Origin: Candidatus Roizmanbacteria bacterium CG_4_9_14_0_2_um_filter_39_13
GTDB taxonomy: Bacteria > Patescibacteriota > Microgenomatia > UBA1406 > GWC2-37-13
Assembly (NCBI GenBank): GCA_002788865.1
Contig: PFSC01000156.1
Span: 1-34,786 of the forward strand
Direction of reading: 5' to 3'
DNA length: 34,786 bases
Part shown: positions 16,890-26,159 of the stretch, piece after piece
Position numbering within the stretch: position 1 is the first letter of the stretch
How the letters are laid out: each line of letters opens with the position of its first letter
Program-made: the position numbers and the translations under genes
Notes under the pieces: generated by a model
Database searches by the model: none
The model's input: the letters and a program-made list of their open reading frames with translations, nothing else
Told to the model about the DNA's origin: nothing

Positions 16890-19352
16890 TTAGTTTATCT
16901 TCTCTTTCTTGAGTGTCAAATGACGTCGTCTATCTTCAAAGACTTTCTTTTTTGTGGGAAATGTAAGTGCGGCTTGAATCACGTCATCTATATGTTTTGC
17001 AAAGACAAAGTTCAGGTCTTTTTTGACTTTATCAGGAATATCGACCAAATCTTTCTTATTCTCCTCAGGAATAATTACCGTTTTTATCTTTGCTCTGTGA
17101 GCTGCTATGATTTTTTCTTTGAGCCCTCCTATCTCTGTCACCCTTCCCCGAAGTGTGATCTCGCCGGTCATCGCTACATCATGCTTCACTGGAATACCTG
17201 TGAGTGATGAAATCATTGAAGTGACAATTGATACTCCAGCCGAAGGTCCATCTTTTGGGACAGCACCTTCTGGAACATGGACATGGATATCCATATCCAT
17301 GTAAAATTTTTCTTCAAGTTTAAACATATCCCATCGAGCTCGAATATAGGTGAGCGCCGCTTGACAGGATTCTTTCATGACGTCACCGAGATTTCCTGTG
17401 AGCGTCAATGATCCTTTTCCAGGCATATTTGCAACTTCAACGAATAGGATAACCCCGCCTACTTGCGTCCATGCAAGACCAGTTGTAATACCCACAGAAT
17501 CTTTTTCTTCGATCAATGAATCTGAATACTTATATTGACCAAGATATTTTTGAACATCGGTTTGTCCGATAGCTTTTCCTTTTCCTTTGATTTTTCCTTC
17601 AACAATATCACGAGCAACTTTTCGAAGAACAGTTGCGATTTGTCTCTCAAGTTCGCGCACTCCTGCCTCTCGAGAATATCTGCGAATGACTGTTTGAAGT
17701 GCACCATCAGTGATGGATATTCTTTTTTCTGGTATATAGTGCGCTCTCACCTGCTTTGGAATTAGGTAGTTTTTGGCAATATTGAATTTTTCTTCTTCTG
17801 TATACCCTACGAAATGAATGATCTCCAATCGATCACGAAGTGCGTCAGGAATAGTATCAAGGACATTTGCAGTTGTGATAAAAAATACATCAGACATATC
17901 AAAGGGAACCTCGAGATAATGATCCGAGAAGGCATGATTTTGCTCTGGATCCAATGCTTCAAGGAGTGCGGCAGATGGATCTCCACGATAATCGCTACCA
18001 ATTTTGTCGATCTCATCAAGCATGAACACTGGATTATTTGTGCCTGCTTGCTTTATACCTTGGATCATCCGTCCTGGAAGTGCTCCTACATATGTACGTC
18101 TGTGACCACGAATTTCTGCTTCATCTCGAATTCCTCCGAGCGATATTTTCACAAACTCTTTTCCTTGTGCTCGTGCGATAGATTTTCCCAATGAAGTTTT
18201 CCCAACTCCGGGAGGCCCAACAAAACAGAGAATTGAAGGCTGAGTTTCATGTTTTTTTGAAGGTCTCTTATCTTCTGGTTTTTTTTTCTGGGCTGCTTTT
18301 TCCTCTTCATCTTGGATGTCTTTGAGCTTCATTACTGCAAGAAATTCGATGATTCGCTCTTTCACTTTCTTCAGACCAAAATGATCCTCATCAAGAATTT
18401 TCTGTGCAAGTTTTATGTCTATATTTTGTTTTGATGCCACTTCCCATGGTATCTCAACCAACCAATCAAGATATGACCGGATATATGATGCTTCTGGATT
18501 GTACTGAGACATCTGCGTAAGACGTTTGAGTTCTTTTACTGCTTTTTTCTGCACATCTTCAGGCATCGCCGCATCTTTGATCTTTTTTTTATATTCATTT
18601 ACTTCGACATTGTCGCCCTTGTCTCCAAGCTCTTCTTCGATTGTCTTCATCTTTTCCCGGAGGAATGTCTCTCTCATGTTTTTTTCAAATTTCTTGTGTG
18701 TTTTATTTGAAATATTGTGTTCAAGCTCGAGAACTTTGATTTCCTTGTTGATATATTCAACTTCATTTTGAAGTCTTTTTAAAAGGTCTGTTTCTTCGAG
18801 AAGTTGTTGCCTTTCAGCTGTCTTTATATCTACGATCATCGCCACTTGATTTGAAAAATTGTGTGATGATTGGATATTGAGAATATTCATCAAGAATACA
18901 AAATCGATCGTTTTTCCGAGATTTATCGCTTTTTTTACCTGACCTGAGATATATTTAACTACTGCAAGTATTTCTTCGGTTTCCTGTGAAGATTCTAAAA
19001 TTTCCGAGACCGATGCCGAAAAGTATGGCTCTGTCTGCGTGTATGAGTCGATATGAACTTTATACAATCCTTTGACAAGTGCATTTATCTGCCCTTTGTC
19101 TCCCGTTGCGATTTTGTCTATCTGAGCAACCACGCCAATATCATACAAATCAGATGTCTTTGGGTCATCGAGATCCACCTTTTTTTGCATTACAAGGACC
19201 ACCTTCTTTTCTTCTTTCATTGCTTGTTTCATTGCTAAGACACTTTTGTCTCGACCGAAAACAAGTACGTTTTCTGCGGACGGGAATACTATGCCATCAC
19301 GTATCGTCACAACAGGATAAAGTTGATCATTGCTTTGTATATTTTCAGACAT
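16890..19352 (-). CDS. lon: ATP-dependent Lon protease
   Basis: LON N-domain, DHFGLKKVKERI, Walker A GPPGVGKT, LDEIDK, catalytic PKDGPSAG and IGGLKEK. Confidence 0.97.
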   Translation of the reverse strand: MSENIQSNDQLYPVVTIRDGIVFPSAENVLVFGRDKSVLAMKQAMKEEKKVVLVMQKKVDLDDPKTSDLYDIGVVAQIDKIATGDKGQINALVKGLYKVHIDSYTQTEPYFSASVSEILESSQETEEILAVVKYISGQVKKAINLGKTIDFVFLMNILNIQSSHNFSNQVAMIVDIKTAERQQLLEETDLLKRLQNEVEYINKEIKVLELEHNISNKTHKKFEKNMRETFLREKMKTIEEELGDKGDNVEVNEYKKKIKDAAMPEDVQKKAVKELKRLTQMSQYNPEASYIRSYLDWLVEIPWEVASKQNIDIKLAQKILDEDHFGLKKVKERIIEFLAVMKLKDIQDEEEKAAQKKKPEDKRPSKKHETQPSILCFVGPPGVGKTSLGKSIARAQGKEFVKISLGGIRDEAEIRGHRRTYVGALPGRMIQGIKQAGTNNPVFMLDEIDKIGSDYRGDPSAALLEALDPEQNHAFSDHYLEVPFDMSDVFFITTANVLDTIPDALRDRLEIIHFVGYTEEEKFNIAKNYLIPKQVRAHYIPEKRISITDGALQTVIRRYSREAGVRELERQIATVLRKVARDIVEGKIKGKGKAIGQTDVQKYLGQYKYSDSLIEEKDSVGITTGLAWTQVGGVILFVEVANMPGKGSLTLTGNLGDVMKESCQAALTYIRARWDMFKLEEKFYMDMDIHVHVPEGAVPKDGPSAGVSIVTSMISSLTGIPVKHDVAMTGEITLRGRVTEIGGLKEKIIAAHRAKIKTVIIPEENKKDLVDIPDKVKKDLNFVFAKHIDDVIQAALTFPTKKKVFEDRRRHLTLKKEKIN

Positions 19353-19360
19353 ATCTTAGC

Positions 19361-19389
19361 AGTATATTAAATTGATTGCTAAAAGTCAA
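19361..19389 (-). promoter_or_regulatory. Sigma70-type promoter of lon
   Basis: Minus strand TTGACT-N17-TATACT, with the -10 box ending 8 nt before the ATG and no Shine-Dalgarno sequence. Confidence 0.75.
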
Positions 19390-19413
19390 GATGTGAGGTT
19401 GAGCACACTTTTT

Positions 19414-20259
19414 CTACACAAATGACGAGGTGAACGGAGCAAAATCGGTAAATTGTGCGCGCTTGACAAGTGGAGCTTCAAGTTGAGAAATCTGCTCATG
19501 ATACGCAGGCCTTTCTTCTTTGTACAAAATACCTAAAGGAAATTTTTCTTCATCAACTTCCATACTTTCTGCTATTGCAATTTTTTTATCATTTTGGACA
19601 TAATCTTCGGGAAGCTTATATGCGTGTTTTAAATAGTATTGATATGTGTTGACTTTATTAAAAGTAACACATGGCTGAAGGATATTTACCAGTGAAAAAC
19701 CTTTATGTGTTATAGCCGCTTTCAAAATCTCTATGAGCGATCTTGCATCCCCAGCAAAGCCTTGAGAGACAAACGTGGCGCCTTGAGAAATGGCTAGTGC
19801 GAGCGGGTTTACTGGAACTTCGATGATTCCCTGAGGAGTTGATTTGGATTTATACCCTTGTTTTGCTGTTGGCGCAACCTGCCCAGTGGTAAGTCCATAC
19901 ACCATATTGTCGTGAACAATCACGGTGATGTCATGATTTCCTCTGCATGCATGCAGAAAATGATTCCCACCTTCTCCATAAATTCCCCCGTCACCCCCCA
20001 CAACGATGGTATTCATTTCGTGATTTGCGGTTTTCATCCCGACAGCTGTTGGGATAGAGCGTCCATGAAGGCCATGTGTGGCATATCCATTTATGAAATC
20101 ATTCATGTTCCCCGAACAGCCAATGTCAAACGACATGAATATCGTCGAAGGATCATATCCAAGCTGCTCAAGCGCTGACTTTATTCCCACTCGGATTCCC
20201 CAATCACCACACCCTGGGCACCATGTTGGTGCATATCCATCAAATCCTATATTGTCCAT
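19414..20259 (-). CDS. korB: 2-oxoacid:ferredoxin oxidoreductase beta subunit (substrate not determinable)
   Basis: PTWCPGCGD, DIGCSG, GLHGR, TPP-binding GGDG...N, YGLTTGQ and QPCVTFN. Start moved to ATG 20259, which follows AAGGAGA. Confidence 0.92.
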   Translation of the reverse strand: MDNIGFDGYAPTWCPGCGDWGIRVGIKSALEQLGYDPSTIFMSFDIGCSGNMNDFINGYATHGLHGRSIPTAVGMKTANHEMNTIVVGGDGGIYGEGGNHFLHACRGNHDITVIVHDNMVYGLTTGQVAPTAKQGYKSKSTPQGIIEVPVNPLALAISQGATFVSQGFAGDARSLIEILKAAITHKGFSLVNILQPCVTFNKVNTYQYYLKHAYKLPEDYVQNDKKIAIAESMEVDEEKFPLGILYKEERPAYHEQISQLEAPLVKRAQFTDFAPFTSSFV

Positions 20260-20272
20260 ATATATTCTCCTT

Positions 20273-20356
20273 GTCATTCTGATCCGCCAGTTGGCGGAGA
20301 AGAATCCATGTTTTTATATTTTCAATGCATGGATCCTTCGTTTCACTCAGGATGAC
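20273..20356. repeat. REP-like bipartite palindrome, GTCAT family, with an inner CCGCCAGTTGGCGG hairpin
   Basis: GTCATTCTGATCCGCCAGTTGGCGGAGAAGAATCCATG...CATGGATCCTTCGTTTCACTCAGGATGAC, between the alpha and beta subunit genes. Confidence 0.88.
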
Positions 20357-20372
20357 TGCTATAATTTGTAAT

Positions 20373-22223
20373 TTACGCCATTTTTTGAGCTAGCTTGTTC
20401 ATGATATCTTCTTCACTTGTTTCATTTTCACTACTTACCTGACTTTGAGAATCCGACTTTGATTCTTGAATTTTCATCTCTGCCTTTTCACTATTCAAAT
20501 TCTGTTTTTTTCCGATGATAAAATCTCGAACTTCTTCTGGCCAGATTGGTCTACCGTCATATTTTAGAAATGTTTCTTTTATAGAGATTCCCGTTTGCAT
20601 CCTCAGAAGTTGGCCAAACTGTGCTTGGGAGTTGTTTTCAATAAGTATAATTCGCTTCCCTTCGCACTGTGCAAAGAGCTGTTTTATTGGCTCTTCGGGT
20701 ATTGGATATACATGAGTAAAGTGGATATAGGCAGTTTTTTTATCGTCAAGCAATTTCTGCGCTTCAAGAATCGAACCCTTTCCTGACCCCCAGGATACAA
20801 ATACGATCTCGGACTCTGTGAGATCGCCGAAAATCTTTGGCAGCTCAAAGTCATTCTTGAAGTATGTTTGAATTTTTGCATTCCGCTTGTTGACCTGTTG
20901 AACGCGCATTCCGACATCTTCAGTAGTATGCGAATCTTCCACATGCTCATATGAATTTGCCTGATAGTAGACTCCTTTTTTCCCAGGAACAAGCATTTCT
21001 GAGACTCCATCATTTTCAAGTTTGTACCGTAAATACGGCGACTCTTTTGTGTCTGATACAATTTTTCCTTTTCGTATTTTATGATTTTGAAGCAGGTGAT
21101 CGATTGTTTCCTTGTCTGGCGAAATATGTGATTCTGACAAGAATTTATCAGACATCACAATAACTGGAGTTTGATACACATCTGCAAGATCAAATGCTTT
21201 CATAGTAAGCTCTATCATCTCTTCCGAATCTCCTGGAGCAAGCACCATTTTCGGAAACTCTCCGTGACCCGCATGTACTCCAAAAAGAAGGTCACCTTGC
21301 TCGGTCCAGGTAGGGATGCCTGTCGCAGGTCCTGGCCTCATCGCAAGAAGAATTACCAAAGGAATTTCTGCTATTCCTGCGTAAGAAATTGCTTCTGTCA
21401 TGAGAGCAAATCCTCCACCTGATGTTCCTACCGAAGCACGAACGCCTGCAAATGAAGCGCCAAGTGCCGAATTTATCGCAGAAAGCTCATCTTCAGGATG
21501 GCGAACAACCATTTGATTTGTTGTTTGCCAGGCTGCCAAAGTAGTCAGAACCGAAGATGCGGGAGTCATTGGGTAGGATGCGTAATATCTACAATCAGCA
21601 GCCATAGCACCCAAACAATATGCTTCATTCCCAGCTATTACCATTTTTTGCTTAACTACATCCTTTTTTTTCAGAATATCAAGTTTGAGTAGTGTCGATT
21701 TCATTGCCTCGTCATACCCTATTTTTGCAAGTCGTAGATTGAAATTCACGACATCTTCTCCTTTTCGGTCAAACTGCTGATGAATGAGCTGCTCAAATAC
21801 ATTTAAATCACCTCCAAGAAGTGCAATACTCGCGGCAACGGCGATCGTATTCACCATCATCTGGTCGATTTTCTCTGTTTTCTTGATCTGAGTAAAACCA
21901 ATGGGGATTTGTATACAGGGAATATCGGGAGAAAACATCTCCGGATCGAATACTACCATACTCTTGTCAGTCAAGCGATACTTGTGCAAATTGAACGTCT
22001 CTTTATTCAAACAGACAAGAAGATCGATATCCCATTTTGGGGCGGTAAGCGTATCTTCTGATACTAAAACTTCGTATGTGTTGTGACCTCCTCGGATGAG
22101 CGAGGGATACTCTGCATAATCAAAAATATTGTATCCTGATCTCGTTGCAATCTTAGCAAATGCCAATCCTGAGGTCATAATGCCAAATCCTGCCTCGCCA
22201 CCAATTTTCCAGTTAAATTGCAT
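20373..22223 (-). CDS. korA: 2-oxoacid:ferredoxin oxidoreductase alpha subunit (gamma-alpha fused type)
   Basis: WKIGGEAGFGI, EYPSLIRGGHN, YPMTP, EDE, TSGGGFALM.E, RPGPATG.PT..EQGD and KYDGRP. Start taken at ATG 22223. Confidence 0.93.
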   Translation of the reverse strand: MQFNWKIGGEAGFGIMTSGLAFAKIATRSGYNIFDYAEYPSLIRGGHNTYEVLVSEDTLTAPKWDIDLLVCLNKETFNLHKYRLTDKSMVVFDPEMFSPDIPCIQIPIGFTQIKKTEKIDQMMVNTIAVAASIALLGGDLNVFEQLIHQQFDRKGEDVVNFNLRLAKIGYDEAMKSTLLKLDILKKKDVVKQKMVIAGNEAYCLGAMAADCRYYASYPMTPASSVLTTLAAWQTTNQMVVRHPEDELSAINSALGASFAGVRASVGTSGGGFALMTEAISYAGIAEIPLVILLAMRPGPATGIPTWTEQGDLLFGVHAGHGEFPKMVLAPGDSEEMIELTMKAFDLADVYQTPVIVMSDKFLSESHISPDKETIDHLLQNHKIRKGKIVSDTKESPYLRYKLENDGVSEMLVPGKKGVYYQANSYEHVEDSHTTEDVGMRVQQVNKRNAKIQTYFKNDFELPKIFGDLTESEIVFVSWGSGKGSILEAQKLLDDKKTAYIHFTHVYPIPEEPIKQLFAQCEGKRIILIENNSQAQFGQLLRMQTGISIKETFLKYDGRPIWPEEVRDFIIGKKQNLNSEKAEMKIQESKSDSQSQVSSENETSEEDIMNKLAQKMA

Positions 22224-22265
22224 ATATGTGTTTATATTACATGGTAATTGTTGCACGGTGCAATG

Positions 22266-22475
22266 TCATTTTGCATAGCTTTCAAGAAAGCCACAGGATT
22301 TACAACGAAATGTAACTACTTTCGTATCATGATAATCCTCAGGCGTTGCTTTTCTGATTATTTTCTGCCCACTCTTCTTCCACGTTCCCTTTTGATCCCA
22401 CATTAGATTTAAGTAATCTGGAATAAACCCTTCCTCCATCCCTCCCTCACACTTCGGACATTTTTTTGTTTCCAT
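22266..22475 (-). CDS. Small zinc-ribbon protein (PF20097-like)
   Basis: KCPKC...MEEGFIPD...V.TFRCKSCGFLESYA, with two CxxC pairs. Confidence 0.75.
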   Translation of the reverse strand: METKKCPKCEGGMEEGFIPDYLNLMWDQKGTWKKSGQKIIRKATPEDYHDTKVVTFRCKSCGFLESYAK

Positions 22476-22515
22476 ATCTATAAATAAAAATGATAATTAT
22501 GCAATCCTCCATACA

Positions 22516-22623
22516 ATCTCCCTTTTGAAGGGAGCCCTCCGACGGTACGTCGGTGGAAGGGATGTACTCTTTGTTTTAAATAACATCCCCTGCCTTACAG
22601 GCACCCCCTTCCTGAAGGGGGAT
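22516..22623. repeat. REP-like composite palindrome (CCCTT...AAGGG family)
   Basis: Hairpins CTCCCTTTTGAAGGGAG, CCGACGGTACGTCGG, CCTG/GCCT-type arm and CCCCCTTCCTGAAGGGGG, with GGGATGT...ACATCCC closing a central AT-rich loop. Confidence 0.75.
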
Positions 22624-22633
22624 CTCGATATTT

Positions 22634-22789
22634 TCAGTCGTAACAACAGGGATCTTTGTAACCACAATTTGCACAGGTGGCATCCCGTCCCCCAGGCATT
22701 CCCTTGATCGTAAGCATGCCACACTCGGGACAGGGTCTCACATGAGATTTGTTGTCATCAGGTGTAGTCGAGGTTTTGTCAGAAATCAT
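22634..22789 (-). CDS. Small Cys-rich (zinc-ribbon-like) protein, 51 aa
   Basis: MISDK...RPCPECG...ATCANCGYKDPCCYD. ATG 22789 lies 10 nt after the ferredoxin stop, which avoids the overlap seen in the longer ORF call. Confidence 0.7.
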   Translation of the reverse strand: MISDKTSTTPDDNKSHVRPCPECGMLTIKGMPGGRDATCANCGYKDPCCYD

Positions 22790-22799
22790 TGTAAGAAAA

Positions 22800-23078
22800 T
22801 TACTGAGGAAAAATCTTATTTCCGGCAGTATCTTCAATGATAATTGCAGCAGTTGGGCAAGCACGAGCACCATCAATTATTGCTTCGTTGGTGTCGTTTT
22901 CAGCAGTATCAAGAATGATAGCTTTTGCCTCTGAATCCATGACAAAGGTGTTTGGAGCAATCGCAACACAGGTTGCTGCGCCAATGCATAAATCGCGATC
23001 AACATGGAATTTCAAATCACGGACGGTGACCGGACCTGAAGGGCTTGATGGATTTTTTAAATTTTGATCGTCAGACAT
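22800..23078 (-). CDS. Monocluster ferredoxin, probably [3Fe-4S]
   Basis: VDRDLCIGAATCVAIAP..F...ACPTAAI, with only three Cys residues. Confidence 0.88.
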   Translation of the reverse strand: MSDDQNLKNPSSPSGPVTVRDLKFHVDRDLCIGAATCVAIAPNTFVMDSEAKAIILDTAENDTNEAIIDGARACPTAAIIIEDTAGNKIFPQ

Positions 23079-23087
23079 ATAAAAATA

Positions 23088-23444
23088 TTAAATTAGTAAT
23101 TTTCTTAAACCCTCCCAACTTAAAAGCGCACATTTCATTCGGTTGGGAGTAAGTTCTATGTTCAATAATCCTAACACATCATTGACACTTATTTCTAGTA
23201 GCTCTATTTTAGTTTTTCCTTTTGCATGTTCGGTAAGCATTGATGCTGACGCAATTGAGATTGCACAACCCTCACCGGTAAAACCAATTTCCTCAATGAC
23301 GCCATCTTTTTCACGAATTTCCATGTGGATCTTGTCCCCACACAACGGATTATCAAGATCAACTTTTGAAGTTGCTCCTTTTATCGAAGAATTGTTTCGA
23401 GGATTTTGGTAATGATCCAATATCATCTCAGCATAGATACTCAT
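23088..23444 (-). CDS. sufU: SufU/IscU-family Fe-S scaffold or sulfur-transfer protein
   Basis: ILDHYQNPRN, NPLCGD, GCAISIASASM and RMKCA motifs. Confidence 0.9.
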   Translation of the reverse strand: MSIYAEMILDHYQNPRNNSSIKGATSKVDLDNPLCGDKIHMEIREKDGVIEEIGFTGEGCAISIASASMLTEHAKGKTKIELLEISVNDVLGLLNIELTPNRMKCALLSWEGLRKLLI

Positions 23445-23458
23445 ATTAAGTTTTTTTG

Positions 23459-24022
23459 TTAATTTATAGATTCATTCTTGTTAACAACAAACGGTGTTTT
23501 TAAATCTGCATTTACCATATGATTTCTATCTTTTTCTATATCCCATTTGATTGGATTATTTCTTATATATTCACGAATGTGAAATAATGATTTTTCGTTG
23601 CGGATAACGTGATCGTAAAATGATCGTTGCCATGCAAAATTTTCTAATCCATTTTGATGAATTATTTTTGATGATGTCGTTTTAAATGCCCCAATCAATT
23701 GCGATAATGGTTTTATTATTACCATACCCACCGTAGGGACAGGTCGCGACCTGTCCCTACCACGATCAATAACCAGAATCCCATGCATATGATTGGGCAT
23801 CACCACAAATTTGTCCAACATAATATATTCGTATTGATTGGACAACCATAACCACTGGTTTTCCACAATTTTCCCATAATCATTCAGTATCATTTCTCCA
23901 TTTTTTATTTTACCGAAAAATTCTTCCCGATCATTGATACAAATGGTGACAAAATAATACCCATTTTGAGAATAATCAAAATTCTTCAATCTATTTGATT
24001 TGCGGCGTATGAGATTCTTCAT
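23459..24022 (-). mobile_element. REP-associated tyrosine (Y1/HUH) transposase, IS200/IS605 superfamily (RAYT)
   Basis: RKSNRLKNFDYSQNGYYFVTIC, HUH motif VMPNHMHGI and WQRSFYDHVIRNE...REYIRNNP. Associated with GTAG-type palindromes. Confidence 0.92.
23733..23760. repeat. GTAG-type REP, perfect 28-bp palindrome, inside the RAYT CDS
   Basis: GTAGGGACAGGTCGCGACCTGTCCCTAC, translated as GRDRSRPVPT. Confidence 0.93.
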
Positions 24023-24057
24023 GATTTGCCTATGGATGTATATGATTACATCGACAT

Positions 24058-24085
24058 GTAGGGACAGGTCGCGACCTGTCCCTAC
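24058..24085. repeat. GTAG-type REP, identical copy upstream of the RAYT
   Basis: GTAGGGACAGGTCGCGACCTGTCCCTAC, 35 nt upstream of the RAYT start. Confidence 0.93.
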
Positions 24086-24122
24086 GCCTGCAATTGTAAA
24101 AATATTTCCTCAATCTGTTTTT

Positions 24123-25382
24123 CTATTTCCTCAATATCTCTCTCACTCTTTTTACTCCTTTGACCAACTTCTCCACATCTTCCTCATTATTGTAAATATA
24201 AAAACTTGTTCGAACTGTTGCAGGAATATTCAACCTTGAATGAAGGGGCATTGTACAGTGATGACCTGCTCGTACCGCAATATTATTTTCATCCAGAATT
24301 TGTGCGATATCATGGGGATGAATTCCCTTCAAATTGAAAGAAATAATCCCAGCCATAAACTCAATATGTCGAGGTCCGTACATCACTATTTCATCAGAAA
24401 ATTCTTCGTTCAATCTCCTTGCCGCATACATCGCCAACTGTTTCTCATGATTTCTGATCGTATCAAAACCAAGATTTTCCAAGTATGCAATAGCTTCCTT
24501 CAACGCAATTACTCCAGAAATATTGGGTGTTCCTGCCTCAAATTTATGAGGAACATCTGCAAATGTAGTTTCCTCAATTGACACGTTTCGGATCATATCT
24601 CCACCATATTGATATGGCGGCATTTTTTCCAGAAGATCATACTTTCCCCACAAAACTCCAACTCCGGTTGGACCCAGCATTTTATGGGAAGAAAATGCAA
24701 GAAAATCACACCCCAAGTCATGCACATCAATTTTTAAATGCGGAACTGCTTGTGCAGCGTCAACAATAGTGATAATATCTGGACTGACTTTTTTTGCTTC
24801 AGCAATAATTTCCTTTACTGGATTTATCGTTCCAAGAGTGTTGGATACCATGGAAACTGCAAGTATTTTTGTTTTTTTTGTCACGATCCCATCGAGACTA
24901 ATATTAAATATCGTATTTTCCCCCCGTCGATCTGATTTTTCCACAATTGAAAGCTCGTAATGATCATTGATACCAATCACCTTGAAATCAGCTCCGACAG
25001 TGAATGCCAACTGCTGCCACGGCACAAAATTAGCATGATGTTCCATGATCGTCACCACAACCTCATCTCCCTTACTCACGATTTCCTGTCCGAGCGTTGA
25101 TGCGACAAGATTGAGCGACTCCGTTGCATTCCGCGTGAAAACGATCTCTTCTGAGCGGTTTGCATTGATATATTTTGCAACGACGGCTCTGGTATCTTCG
25201 TATTCCTGCGATGCTCTTTCTGAAAGTTTATATATTCCACGATGGATGTTTGCAGAATACTGAGTATAGTACTCTGACATCTTGTCAATGACGGACTGTG
25301 GCTTGAGCGAAGTTGCTCCCGAATCTAGATACACCAACTCTGGATGGGCGCTAAAAATAGGAAAATCTTTTTTTACATTCAT
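24123..25382 (-). CDS. sufS: Cysteine desulfurase (group II)
   Basis: YLDSGATSLKP, EHHAN.VPWQ, DAAQ, PLP lysine in SSHKMLGPTG, FEAGTP and RAGHHC. Confidence 0.95.
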   Translation of the reverse strand: MNVKKDFPIFSAHPELVYLDSGATSLKPQSVIDKMSEYYTQYSANIHRGIYKLSERASQEYEDTRAVVAKYINANRSEEIVFTRNATESLNLVASTLGQEIVSKGDEVVVTIMEHHANFVPWQQLAFTVGADFKVIGINDHYELSIVEKSDRRGENTIFNISLDGIVTKKTKILAVSMVSNTLGTINPVKEIIAEAKKVSPDIITIVDAAQAVPHLKIDVHDLGCDFLAFSSHKMLGPTGVGVLWGKYDLLEKMPPYQYGGDMIRNVSIEETTFADVPHKFEAGTPNISGVIALKEAIAYLENLGFDTIRNHEKQLAMYAARRLNEEFSDEIVMYGPRHIEFMAGIISFNLKGIHPHDIAQILDENNIAVRAGHHCTMPLHSRLNIPATVRTSFYIYNNEEDVEKLVKGVKRVREILRK

Positions 25383-25421
25383 TGTACAGATATTATAACT
25401 GACTCCTTGTTATAATTGAAT
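25383..25421. promoter_or_regulatory. Back-to-back divergent -10 boxes for sufS and sufC
   Basis: Minus-strand TATAAT at 25392..25397 (9 nt before the sufS ATG) and plus-strand TGTTATAAT at 25408..25416 (5 nt before ATG 25422), within a 39-bp gap. Confidence 0.65.
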
Positions 25422-26156
25422 ATGCTAAAAATCAACAACCTCATCGTATCCATTGATGGTAAAACAATATTAAACGATATTAACTTTATCTTTGAAAAGG
25501 GGAAAACATACGCCATCATGGGCCCAAACGGATCAGGTAAATCTACGCTTGCCTATTCGCTTATGGGACACCCCGCTTACAAAATTTCAAATTCCAAATC
25601 ACAAATATCAAATGATAATACGATAGTGTTAAATGGAGAAGATATTACTGCAATGGAACCCCACGCGCGGGCACAAGCAGGCATGTTTCTTTCTTTTCAA
25701 ACACCTTTGGCACTTTCTGGCGTGAAGGTATACCAGCTTTTGCAACTTGCAATGCATGGCAAAAAGGATCCGCTCAAAATACGGAATGAAGCCAAAGCGT
25801 ATGCAAAAGAACTTGGAATAAGTGAAGAACTGTTAAATCGCCCACTCAATGAAGGTGCCTCAGGTGGAGAACGAAAAAAAATGGAAGTACTTCAAGCGGC
25901 AGTATTGGGCAAGAGCCTGCTAATATTTGACGAAGTTGATACCGGAGTAGACGTAGACGCGCTTAAATCTATTTCAAAATTTCTTATTAAATACAAAAAA
26001 GATAAAACGTACATTGTCATCACTCATTACAATCGAATTCTTCATTATCTGAAACCAGACCACGTGCTTGTCATGGTTGAAGGTAAGATAGTAAAAGTAG
26101 GCGGTCCAGAGCTTGCCAAAACAATTGAGGATGAAGGGTATGAAGCATTTACTTAA
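25422..26156 (+). CDS. sufC: Fe-S assembly ABC ATPase
   Basis: AIMGPNGSGKST, GHPAY, RAQAGMFLSFQ, NEGASGGERKK.E, DEVDTGVDVDAL and ITHY.R.L motifs. Confidence 0.95.
   Translation: MLKINNLIVSIDGKTILNDINFIFEKGKTYAIMGPNGSGKSTLAYSLMGHPAYKISNSKSQISNDNTIVLNGEDITAMEPHARAQAGMFLSFQTPLALSGVKVYQLLQLAMHGKKDPLKIRNEAKAYAKELGISEELLNRPLNEGASGGERKKMEVLQAAVLGKSLLIFDEVDTGVDVDALKSISKFLIKYKKDKTYIVITHYNRILHYLKPDHVLVMVEGKIVKVGGPELAKTIEDEGYEAFT
25582..25616. repeat. Degenerate 7-bp tandem array inside a CDS
   Basis: AAATTTC AAATTCC AAATCAC AAATATC AAATGAT, encoding KISNSKSQISND right after GHPAY. Confidence 0.85.
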
Positions 26157-26159
26157 TCT

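Noticed and set aside
16878..16891. Tiny imperfect palindrome AAGGTCGCACCCTT between the convergent FemABX and lon genes
   Set aside because: It is too short and single-copy here to call a terminator or a repeat.
20373..20510. Low-complexity C-terminal extension of KorA, and the charged insertion in Lon before Walker A (about 18240-18325)
   Set aside because: Both look like ordinary disordered tails or loops with no recognisable motif or DNA repeat.
22634..22636. TGA recoding (Sec or genetic code 25) in the Cys-rich peptide or elsewhere
   Set aside because: Conserved genes are full length under code 11, TGA acts as a normal stop (for example the MTase and FemABX genes), and no in-frame TGA interrupts a conserved domain.
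23459..24022. IS605-type element with TnpB/omegaRNA
   Set aside because: There is no tnpB or iscB, and the motifs and GTAG palindromes fit a RAYT.
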